Positions 52,950 to 64,000 of a stretch of 64,000 bases of DNA are shown here, piece by piece (the stretch's first letter is position 1; the number at the start of each line of letters is the position of its first letter). The position numbers and the translations under genes are program-made. This DNA is from Octopus sinensis (lineage: Eukaryota). The notes below the pieces were generated by a model. It did no database searches. It had not been told where the DNA came from and saw only the letters and a program-made list of their open reading frames with translations. Where the stretch lies: NCBI RefSeq assembly GCF_006345805.1, contig NC_042997.1, forward strand, positions 29,574,001 through 29,638,000. Reading direction: 5' to 3'.

Positions 52950-54690
52950 TATCGCAAAGGTATATTCCAAAGTCAACCTCTCCGTGTCTGTGATGCTGCT
53001 TATTACTTTCTGTAAACCCTTTGTCTTTCAGGTTAAGAAATTCTGAAGGATAGCTCACTAGTTCACAAGGAAACGGGAATACCAAAGGTCCACTGTTTCT
53101 TTGTGGAAGACTTGAAACGTCATGCAAACGAAATGCACGAGTAGAAAAGGAGCCTTGACCTAGTTACGTTCTCAAAGGATGTAGGGTTGGAGTTTGGTCA
53201 GTATAAATGTTTTATGGTTATGAAAAGGGGGGAAACTGTAAACCAGACTAGTAACATCTCCATCAATGACTTGACTGTTTTCCCTCTATCTGATAAGGAA
53301 TGTTGCAGGTATCTAGGTGAATGAAAGCATATCTTATAATGGCACCTGTAACAAAACACCTATCAATAAAGAATAAAGAACATTTAGGCCTCAGAACTCT
53401 TTGCCTTCAATAAAACTGTGGTCAGAATGTGTTTGCAGGGCCAGTACTCATGCCAATATTTAGTTTGCTTGATTGGAATCTTGATGAAATACGAGCCTTA
53501 GATGTGAAAACCCGGAAAATACTAACAACATATAAAAGTTTCACATAAACAGTGACCTAACCCCCTATCTAAAACGAAATCAAAGCGGTAGAGGTTTAAC
53601 ATCGATCCAAAATGCATTTGAATGCCGTATCATATCCCTTCGGCAGTATCTTTAATCACCAAATGTCGAAGCTGATAATATCATACATAAAGCTGATAAT
53701 ATCATAAGACTTGGAAGACAGCTCCTTGAGCAACATTTCTTGTCTGATAACCTTAAATACAAGCCTCAAAAAGTCGCACGACTCTACCGCAACGTACCAT
53801 GAGATGAAAGGATTAGCATATATGAGCAGGATTAGCATATATTAGCATATGTGAGTAAAATATATGAGCATACATGGATATGTTAGTAGAAAGCTCCGAG
53901 ATGATAATAACGTTGATCATCAAAGTAGTTTATCATGGAACAACAACGGGATTACTACCTCCCACTTTGAAGGATATGCATTTGCAATCCAGGAACAGGA
54001 AATATCACTCAAATAACTGGTGTACAAACGGGTTAGAGATGCAAGAAAACCTGTAAAATTTTACAATCGATGCAGATTTGCGGAGTTAACACTGAAGAAT
54101 TCATCCACATCATAAGACGTTGTCCGAAAATGTCATCATGGTATTATCTGCCGATGAGACATGACGTTGTAGTTAACCCAGAGAACAAAGAAATAAGGAG
54201 CCACAGTTTTGTAGAAGCCGTAGCCACTCATAATAAAAGGGAAAACTGTTGGAATGTAAGCACAACAGAGCTGATGTGATGAATTTGGATAGGGAAGAGA
54301 AATTGTGTACGGTTGTGGAAATTAGCTGCCCAGCGGATGACGATATAAAATTGAAGTTCACCAAAAAAGCGAATACCTACGCTGAACTATTACGAAATCT
54401 TGAGTTACTCTATACAGATTACAAGTTCAGGTTTATATCTGTAATTATTGAAGCCCTGGGATACGTAACACACTGCCTAAATACCAATCTTGAGAAATCA
54501 GGCTTCTCAAAACCAGAAAGGAGAAAGCTAATTAGAAGGCTACAGTTTCAATCCATCACTGGAACTGTAAAAATCTGTAAAACTTTCCAGAACGTTATCA
54601 TTTAAATATATATATGAGCATGTCTAGATTTGCAACTGTATGCATGAGAATAGATACATAAAACAAAACATACAAATCTGAACATATGCA
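52950..54690 (+). mobile_element. 5'-truncated R4/Dong-like (RLE-type) LINE, second family
   Basis: Starts at KGIFQ...FVEDLK (RT). Then a CCHC-like segment ICGVNTEEFIHIIRRCPKMSSWYYLPMRHDVV, and the RLE segment VVEISCPAD...K.NTYAEL...ITGTVKICKTF. A (CATA)n tail follows. Confidence 0.8.
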
Positions 54691-54859
54691 TACATACATT
54701 CATACATACATACATACATACATAATACATACATACATACATTCATACATAATACATACATACATACATGCATACATACATACATACATACATACATACA
54801 TACATACATTCATACATAATACATACATACATACATACATACATACATACATACATACA

Positions 54860-54892
<33 letters not shown>

Positions 54893-54895
54893 GCA
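54690..54895. repeat. (CATA)n microsatellite
   Basis: Seen directly in the sequence. Confidence 0.95.
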
Positions 54896-55583
54896 TACAA
54901 AAATACCCTGTTGTTGATTTTGAAATTCCAAGGGTTAGGGTTAGGGACTTGGATGTAGGTTATAAGCCGGCTCTTTCTCTATTGGCAAGAAATCTTCAAA
55001 TGAAACTAAATAATGACATACATACGTATAAAATAAACAGAAATAATGGGTTACATCCTTATATTATTATTATTCTTACAGGTATTTCAGATAGCTTTTG
55101 GTTGTGTTCATGGTTGAATTTTATCAACCGATCGATTGATCGACTGAAAGTATGTACAAAAGAAAAAAAGAAGGATATTTTTTATATTGAACTAGATCCT
55201 CCCTAGCCATCAATAGTTTATCCATTGTCAACTCTTACGACGCGTAAATGGTTTTGACATCCATTCAAGAAATTTGATACACGAGAACCTCCTTATGGTC
55301 AGTGGCTGACTGTTGGTGGTTACTGCTATATTTTGGGGAAAATATATGCATGTAAGTGTATATAACCCATTGTTTTTGTCTATATTTTGTATCACTGTAA
55401 AAAATGTCATCCTAATTGGGTAATAGATTCATAGATTGATACATTTGACTGGCAAATAGCTTTTATTTCTGATTAGTCAGAAACCTATGCGGGTCACAAT
55501 CCACTTTTGTTAGCCTGGTGTATTTTTTTCGGCTGAGATCTTCGCCTGGATTGGTTATCCTTTATTAAAGGTATAGAAACTCG

Positions 55584-55677
<94 letters not shown>

Positions 55678-56330
55678 TCTATTAATAAATCCTGAAAATA
55701 TTTCCTCATGTCATGCTGAAATGTATTGCAGAATTTCCTAAACTTAATATCTAGGATGTAGACCATCATCTAGCTCTCTCTCTATCTATCTATCTCTACT
55801 TCTCTCTATCTCTAGCTCTCTTTATCTCTCTTTCTTTCTTTCTTCCTTTCTTTCTCTCTCACTCTCTCTATTAAAATTGTCTTCTAGCAGGTTATTAAGT
55901 ATTACCATTAAGTATACTATTAAGTATTAAGTATACTATACTGATGCTATTCAAACCGCGATTATAAGCAGTATTCTGCATCTACCCACAAATATATACA
56001 TATAATAAACAGGTAAAATCTGAAAATTTTTGAAATTTTATTTTCATTATACAGGTGACTAAAAGATCCATGCTGAGAACGTGAAAGTCAAAATTCAGTA
56101 AATACTAAGTGAAAGTAGATGTAAGCAATGCTGCAGCATTTATATTTAAGATTACGAGTATTGATACCAACCAACAGCGTATACAGAAGATACGTTGATT
56201 CCCTGGAGATATCAAAGATAATTTGCGCGACTAATTGAACTATGAAGTTTACACCCAGTCTCATTACACGTAGAACAACATTGTTGGAGAGTAATACATT
56301 TGTATTGCAAAAATCATTAATATGTATATA

Positions 56331-56492
56331 GGCACGGGAGTAGCTGTGTGGTAAGTAGCTTGCTTACCAACCACATGGTTCCGGGTTAAGTTCCAGTGCG
56401 TGGCACCTCGGGAAAGTGACTTCTACTATAGTCTCGGGCCGACGAAAAACTTGTGAGTGGATTTGGTAGACGAAAACTGAAAGAAGCCCGTC

Positions 56493-56570
<78 letters not shown>

Positions 56571-56715
56571 ATGTATGTATGTATGTATGTATGTATGTAT
56601 GTATGTATGTTTGTGTGTCTGTGTGTACCCCACATCGCTTGACAAATGATGCTGGTGTGTTTACGTCCCCGTAACTTGGCGGTTCGGCAAAAGATACCGA
56701 TAGAATAAGTAAAAG
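56331..56715 (+). mobile_element. SINE family A, near full length, with internal (TA)(TG)(TATG) microsatellite
   Basis: tRNA-like head (gctgtgtggtaagtagcttgct...ccgggttaagttcc), core gtggcacctcgggaaagtgacttctactatag, and 3' part cgcttgacaaatgatgctggtgtgtttacgtccccgtaac. Confidence 0.85.
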
Positions 56716-56754
56716 CGTAAAAGAGTATATATATATAATCTTTTATATAATAAT

Positions 56755-56823
<69 letters not shown>

Positions 56824-57059
56824 GTGACACCTTGCAAAACAAGAAACAACAGCTGAAAATCCAATTAGTACTATATTCTATATTTGTTATTTTCTATCAG
56901 AGAGAGGCATAATGCTAATTGGGTTTCCGAGACTTGTTTCTTCTGTCGCAAGATGCCACCCTCATTCTGGCACTTTTTTGTGACGTTGTGTCGCCTTCAA
57001 TACTTTCTGCATTTAGATATTGAGATTATCGAAGCAACTAGAATGAACCTGATAAATTA

Positions 57060-57640
57060 TGGAAAATAACACTGGTCCAAATCAGCTACTTTTAAGTTCT
57101 TCGATATTACTATGGGATCCTCGCACTCGACCCAAATAACAGATACCGTTGGATTATTTCTATCGGACAAGATTATGCGTTCACCCGAACTATCGAGTCC
57201 ATGTTGTGATGCAGAGCAATGAACCACCTGAGGAAACAAAGGCCCAGACCAACCGCACAAACACAGTCGCTAGGTATCGATGGTCGACCCCATGAAAAGC
57301 TTTAGATTGCACCAATGCCCCACCTTTGCCAGAGTTATCGCCAACCCTCTCTATGCTATAGCGAATAAGATGGAGATTATCCTGAATGGTTCTGCCTGGG
57401 ATGGCACATGTCTATGCCTCCATGACTATACCATTCACGACACGCGCCAAATTTTTTGCTAAAACATTGTCCAAAATCTTCACTTCTGCGTTTAACAGAA
57501 TGATGGGTCTGAAATAATCTAAAATATCCCACTTGTCCGGGTCCTTCCTGATCAACGTCACCACTCCCCGGCGCACAGATCTGGGGATAAAATCATTCTG
57601 TTGCCAGTTCGTGTCCACGCTAGCCAGTATCAGAAACAAT
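57060..57640 (-). mobile_element. Tx1-group LINE RT N-terminal fragment, decayed
   Basis: GVVTLIRKD...FRPIILLNAEVKIL...LARVV, followed by an LDQSKAFDRVDH-like motif (aatctaaagcttttcatggggtcgaccat on the minus strand). Confidence 0.8.
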
Positions 57641-58466
57641 TACAATGGGAGACATAAACTTAAGAGTATGGTTGGAGGGCAGAGCTCCTCAGTGTTTCAA
57701 ATGTGGCCTGAAATGCCACATAAGAGCTAATTACCCTACACTAGTGAAGGAAACAATGAAGAAACCAGCAAAAGGGGTAGAAGAACCACAGGAAGGACAG
57801 AAAAAGGCAGAAGTGAAAAAGAAAAAAATGTCGAAGAAGAGGATCCAGCAGAATGGGAAACCACTGGAAAAAGGAAGAAGAGAAAAAGAAAAAATGCAAG
57901 CTATACTGAACCCCAACCCATCCCAGCACCACCCACACACTTTGCGCCCCATCCTTCCTCTGCAGACACTAAACCTACCCACTCCCCATCAACAAGAAAA
58001 CAGACAGACAGGATAACTCAGAAAATGCCAGTCCCGCAGAACATTATGTAGATGCACTAGACAATGATGATTTATTTGAAATATTGAAGGATTGGGGAAA
58101 GGTTGAATTGCCAGACAGCTGGGCTGAGGATGGGGGTATGGAAGTAGTATTAACAAGAAACCATGTAAAAGAACTTGAAACAGTACTTAAAAACGTTTAT
58201 ATGTTAGTAAGGAAAAGAAATATGAACTTGAGAAGCGATATGGGGTGAAACTAGAGGACTACATAATTTTTTTACTGACGTATGAAAAGAGGGCAAGTAA
58301 GTGATGTTTATTGATGGGGCGATTAACATCGCTTTCATTCTTCATTTTCACCCTTTCATCATGCTATTATGTTTTTATTTTAATTTTAATTTTAATTTTT
58401 GGTATTTTGTGTCCCCAGTATATTGCGATGTCCCCCTCTATGTAAACCTTCTATGGGAAATAAAAA
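57641..58466 (+). mobile_element. Tx1/L1-type ORF1 (gag-like zinc knuckle) C-terminal part joined directly to a Tx1-like 3' tail
   Basis: LRVWLEGRAPQCFKCGLKCHIRANYP (decayed CX2CX4HX4C), Lys-rich and acidic C-terminal segments with a frameshift, then a T-rich UTR and gtccccctctatgtaaaccttctatgggaaataaa. No ORF2 sequence lies between. Confidence 0.6.
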
Positions 58467-58529
58467 TCATAGAGCACAGTTTAAGTTATCTTTTCGTGGA
58501 AGAAGGTTTATGTTCGTATAACATGTGTT

Positions 58530-58925
58530 AATTCTGTAACCTTTTAAAATGGAAGATAAGAAAGTTCATTTTCGGCACTTGATGCTTTGGGTACCAGAAA
58601 AAAATTGCTGCAGCTCGGCTGGGATTTGTTACCGCCATATTCAACAGATATTGCTCCTTCGGATTTTTACTTATTCTGGTCTCTGCAGAATAGTCTTAGT
58701 GGTAAAAATTTCAATTACTTGGATGACGTAAAAAGATACTTTGAGGAATTCTTTGCCATGAAACCACCTAAATTCTGGGAAGAAGGTATTTTCAAGTTAC
58801 AGGAAAGATGGAGATACATTGTGCAACAAAATGGTTCATATTTAGTTTATTAAAAATGTAGTGGCAAGTATTTATTGACCTTGTTCTTTCCTTTAAAAAT
58901 CGGCACGAACTTCCGGACAACCCAA
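58530..58925 (+). mobile_element. Internally deleted mariner (Mos1-like)
   Basis: MEDKKVHFRHLMLW is fused directly to KKLLQLGWDLLPPYSTDIAPSDFYLF...KLQERWRYIVQQNGSY. The 3' TIR is aaaatcggcacgaacttccggacaacccaata. Confidence 0.88.
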
Positions 58926-59324
58926 TATAATACAATCTTTAAACAATAAGTCCAACAATAGGCACAACAAGAGGTATAACGATATAACAATTAACAGAAA
59001 GTTACTTTACCAACACACTACAACAATACATTTTCAATAACAGACAGACAAACTATCGCTAAGCATTTCGCCCGGGGTGCTAGCGTAACTGCCAGCTCGC
59101 CGCCTTCTACAGTTCGAAATATTACTTATGGAATGTTGTGCATTTGTCACAGACTCTGAGATCGAATTATTTGAATCATTTTAGCTTTGTCGGTTTTAGT
59201 TGCAAAGAATTATAGTACCTTTGAAGCCTATACTTCACTTTCTCCATATATTATTATATTTCAAGTGTATCTTTTGACAGAAGACTACATAAACTAAGTT
59301 CCATATTTAACTGGGAGTCGTCAG

Positions 59325-59480
59325 TCTTTACGTTCTGAGTTCAAATTCCGCCGAGGTCGACTTTGCTTTTAATCCTTTCGGCGTCGATAATTTAAGTACC
59401 TGTTGCGTACGGGGGTTGATCTAATCGACTGGACTCATCCCCCAAAATTTCGGGCCATGTGTCTAGAGTAGAAAAGAATA
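59325..59480 (+). mobile_element. SINE family B, 5'-truncated, tail type A
   Basis: tttacgttctgagttcaaattccgccgaggtcgactttg...tctagagtagaaaagaa. A separate inverted head fragment lies at about 59070-59108. Confidence 0.85.
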
Positions 59481-59599
59481 TTTAACTGGTTGTTGAAGAT
59501 ACCAATCCACCCCTATTTGAAGTAATATGATAAGAAACGTGTGTTAAATAGGACATGACTGCATCAAGTTACTTACTATACAGGATAAATAGTTTGGAT

Positions 59600-59965
59600 G
59601 TTGAAAATGGTAATTGGTGGAGATAATGTCTCTTTAGTGAGACAAAAATTCAAGCAGTAAATATTGGACATACTAAGGCTCCTAAACAACGAATGTATCA
59701 TAGCATATGTCATGTCAACTGAATGCTCTGTCTGATTACGAACCTAAAGTGCTCTCAGCGAAACAGATTATTTGGGGGCCTAATACGATCTCTATATATT
59801 AGTGAAGATAGTGAAGATGCCGACAACCGCTCGGTTCAAAGACTCTCTTGACCAGAAATAGCCTGAACTCTTTCCATGAACACCCTCCCTGTACATAACT
59901 CCATGTCCCCCTACATGGCTTTGCTTTTGCTTTATGAGCCAACAAATTAACTTAACTTAACTTAG
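59600..59965 (+). mobile_element. Possible LINE 3' end with (TTAAC)n tail
   Basis: A GC-richer block ending ...ttttgctttatgagccaacaaa-TTAAC-TTAAC-TTAAC-TTAG. Confidence 0.3.
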
Positions 59966-61699
59966 TTGTGTGTATATATATATATTGTGCCACTAATTCA
60001 AAACAAGTGTTGATTTGCAATGATCAGAATCAACATTTCAGTGGGAATCCGTTTATTCTAAAGTGGTCTAGAGTCAAGCTGAGAAGACTTCATACAATAT
60101 ATTCATCCTCTCAAATACGAATTATATGGAAGAAAAATATAAAAGAAACATTACACAAGAAATGCGTTAAACTTAGGAAGGAAACGTTTACAAGAGAAGA
60201 TACTGAAGTGTTGCAAATAAGTTTAGAGTTTAAATTTTTGTGTGTGTAATTTCTCTCACAAATGTTCCAGACGGAATTTTTCCTTCGCAGAGACATAGAT
60301 ATATTGTTAAATGTCGTAAAAGTAATCTGTTCAACATTTATCTTCCTTCTAGATGAGGATTCTTGATATCTAGCCGCTCTATTCCAGGTATAAATGATTC
60401 ACAAGTATGCGGCAAATGGTATGAAACAATAAATCTTGCCACAAAGGAAACATGAAAATTACTCCGATGTCAATATGTCATATCAATATATAATTAATGC
60501 ATAGATTTAATACCTTATTAATTAATTGTATAAAAATATATAGCATATAATTTTCATCCCTCAAAGAATGTCACTTACATATGTGGCATCTCGGAGCTGG
60601 AATTAAGCATTGCGTCAAGCAATAATAAGCACATATTAATAAATAACTGCAAAGTGTCAAGCGAATATATGTCTTCATTGAATAATAAGTCATGCAAATA
60701 TCTCAAGCCTCGCCTAACGAAACAAAGGCGAAATATGTTGCACTGAATATGATTATAATTAATTTTCGTTCAGTATTTATAGTCAGCCTCCCTGCTCTGC
60801 CATTTTCTTACGACAGCTAGAATATCTAAAACAATAAAAATTTAAACGTTTTTACTGAGAATATATAAAACAAATGAATTGAATTAATGGTCAAAATTCC
60901 TGAGGGCGCAAACGACTACCTCCACACAGAAGTTAATTTCTATTCCAATGGTGCAATGTTTCTCTGTCTACTCAGTCAATTGAAACACTCAGCCTTTACA
61001 CACACTGTATATAATAAACAAACATTTCTGATATAATTATTACTCTCTCTAATACACATCTGATATGAATTGGTGCAGTAGCACCAATTCATCAGGACTA
61101 CACTATTCCTACGGTCTATGTATGTAACTCTTAAAAATTTGAAGAAAGGCGCAAACAGTCTATCATAAATTACATTAAATTGCCGGAGACTGGAAGATTG
61201 GAACTTCGAATAATCAGACCTCAATTATGCTAATGTAGAAGTACTGTATTTCATTTAATTTTGTATATAAATTTAATATACATTTAATTTAGTGATCATT
61301 GAAAAAAGTGACCACCCATGTTATACTGGGAAGTCTATAGGACAGAAAGTTCCGTAATATCCGATGATCAACCTCATTCCAATTCTATGTTACCTGTATC
61401 ATTCTTGAGACTGGGAAGTATATATATTCAGTATTTATGATATATATGTATATCTTTTACTTTTGCTCGTTTCAGTTATTAGACTGCGGTCATGTTGGGT
61501 TGCTGTACACACATATGATAACACACAATTATTATTTGTTCAGTGTTTCGATGTGTTAAATATGATGATGTACGATTTTATTTTATTCAGTGCTCCTTCC
61601 TGCGATCCTAGTTATTCACCTCCGGGTTGACGAATCTTTATGCACGTCTCAAAAATTTACTGTTTGCTACTTTTACAAATAAGAATTAGCATTGTTATT

Positions 61700-64000
61700 G
61701 GGCTGTGCATGCCTAATTCAGTATTCGATTTGAACAACAACGTGCTCTGTCGGTGTTCTGCGTCCGTTCTACAACTGGATAACTTCATTTATAGCCAAAT
61801 ATTTTAACTCGCTTTGCCTTTGAGAATATTATCAGATGTCTCTTTCAGAGATAGCTCTTTTAAATGCATCATTTTTAATACTTGCGTGTGTGTTATTCCT
61901 AGGTCGTGGTGGATATGTCATTTGTAGTGGATGCGTTCAAAATGGGTCTGTATTTTGTGATAAAGAACGACTCTTTACTAATTCGCTGGCTACAGGTTGT
62001 ATAGTCCTTGAATTGATAGAGGTGAACATTCTGAAGCTTGGATCTTTGTTACTGGCGCAAATGTTGGCTGGATGCTATTTTTGTTTTTCGGAATTTTGAT
62101 TTGGGATCTGTGCAGAGCCATCCTTTGGCGTAGACTTTTTTTTTGGCTGGCCTATGTATTGCTCTTGACACCCAGAGCAGGTTAGGACATACGTCAGGTT
62201 TTCCGAAGCGCACGGGAAACTGCTTTTCCCTGTGAAACGTCCCTGTTTTTGTTAGAGAACTCAGGTCCCTCAATTAAATTGACGCATATCCTACATTTGG
62301 GTATTCCGCATGTTTGTATTGACGGCTTCAGTGTTGTTGCTGAACGTATTCGGGTTTGTGTTAGGAGACTTTTCATAGATTTGGGCTGTCTCTTGCTTTT
62401 TATGATGGTGTGTGTTTGGAGGATTATGTACATTCTGTGCTTCTTTTTATAGCAGAGGAATGTTTTGAAGGATGGTGTCGAAGGCTTCGTGGTTAAGAGG
62501 GTTGTGTGTGGAGATGTATGGTAGGGCTTTTGGTTGTAAATCCGTCTTTAACTTGGGATGTCTGAGTTCGTGAATGTTGGGTTGTAGGACACGTTGAAAA
62601 CATATGTCAATTAGTGAAGGTGGGGAGGTCCTGGCGATGAGTATATCATTTACTTCATGTATTCGTGTGTCCCTGGTGCTTGCATTAGAAACTATAGTAC
62701 ATATCCTTTTTGCGAGGTTGAAGGGGATATTTATTCTGGTGTGTCTCGGTAGCATGAGTAGTTTGAAATCCGTGGGATTATAGTATATATCTGTTTCTAT
62801 TACGTTGTTAGATTTCTTAATGAGGATGTAGAGGAATGGAAGTTGTTGATGGCTATATTTGATCGTGAATTGAATGTTTACACAAAGTCCACTTATAAAA
62901 GCTTGAAATTCTTTAAGTCTCTCTATAATTTCATGCCAAAGAATGAAACAGTCATCCAGGTATCTCTTTCGGTTATTTCCTATGTCTATGTAGAGGGAGA
63001 ACGGGTTGTCGTATTTTCTAGTATCTTACGATAAAGACTAGTTTCTAGATATCCCATGACTAGGTTAGCAAAGGAGGGAGCCATTCTCGTACCCATTGCA
63101 GTCCCTGATTTTTGTCTATAGAAGTTGTCTTTGAAGACGAAGTTGTTATTCTCCAAGATAAAGTTTAGCCCTTCTATCCCGAATTCTTTTTTGATGCGAT
63201 GTGGGAGTTCGTTGACGTAATTCTCTAGCCAGAATTGAATTGCCTCTATTCCTAGGTTGTGGGGTATATTGGAATAGATGTTGACTATATCAAAGGATAC
63301 TAGTAAGGTGTTTTTGTTTATTGTTTCAGGTAGGTGATTGAGTATATCCAGGTTGTTCCTTATATAGCATTTTGACATGCTTGAGGAATGGCTCTAAGAG
63401 GGAATCTAAAATGTTACTGAGGCGGTGGTGAGTTTCGCATGCGGGAACTGGTATTATAGGTCTCAATTTGAGGTCATTAGGAGTAGGGACTTTGATTACC
63501 ATGTATATGGCTTTCCTGCATGTGTAACTTATTTTCTCACTTTTGTGTATCTCTTGGGAATACTGTAGAATTGACTGGTTTCATTTTTGAAATTGGTCAT
63601 ATAGTCATATTCTTTGTTGGTGACCCCTTCTCTGTATAGGTTTAACATGGATTTTTAGGTCTCTCATTATTTTCTGCTGACTGTAGTGTTGGGTCTTTTT
63701 CATAATACGTTGTGTTTTCTAATATGGATATTACTAGAGTTATATAGTATACCGTGTCCATTAAGACAACTGCACTCCTTTTATCAGCCTCTTTGATTGT
63801 TATTGTTTTGTTATCGTTAATTTGTTACGCTCAGCCCATTCTTTTTTGGTTTACAGATTCATTTGGGGGCCATAACTTTTGCAAGCCAGGAGGAGGTCGA
63901 AACTGACATTCCAGAGTACTTGGTTTTGAAACCAAAAGAGTTTTACATTGATGATATTAAAAAGTTTGTAAAGAGATGGAAGTCGTAGATAATCAGGACA
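61700..64000 (-). mobile_element. Penelope-like retroelement (RT + GIY-YIG endonuclease), frameshifted, running off the window end
   Basis: RT motifs LLVSFDIVNIYSNIPH and GTAMGTRMAPSFANLVMG, followed by a thumb region. The GIY-YIG segment reads ENLTYVLTCSGCQEQYIGQ (~62160-62210). Confidence 0.92.

Noticed and set aside
55514-55570. Possible 57-nt symmetric exon (PGVFFSAEIFAWIGYPLLK) with AG/GT ends
   Set aside because: Short polypyrimidine tract, no recognisable homology and no partner exons. Expected by chance, and it would need RNA-seq to revive.

Overview
This 64-kb window is AT-rich, microsatellite-dense eukaryotic DNA with no recognisable host protein-coding gene, rRNA, true tRNA or CRISPR array. 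Its SINE families and simple-repeat load match what I recall of Octopus (coleoid cephalopod) genomes; that species call is an inference. The window reads as intergenic or deep-intronic sequence made of decayed mobile elements. DNA transposons: Tc1, mariner, maT/DD37D-like and Merlin-like remnants, plus several MITE/fold-back elements. Retroelements: Tx1 (L1 clade), R4/Dong-like, CR1/L2-like and RTE-like LINEs, Penelope-like elements with hammerhead-ribozyme motifs, and at least three tRNA-derived SINE families. Most ORFs in the supplied track are microsatellite translations. Highlights: (1) a Tx1 LINE, a SINE subfamily and an apparently ORF1-only element share one 3' tail, suggesting a three-member mobilisation network; (2) non-LTR elements sit inside matching microsatellites (Tx1 in GATA, R4-like in CATA and TAA); (3) a near-perfect 380-bp tandem duplication has a junction copied from a site 1.3 kb away; (4) hammerhead ribozymes and several near-perfect palindromes. 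Element boundaries were read by eye and are approximate unless stated otherwise.
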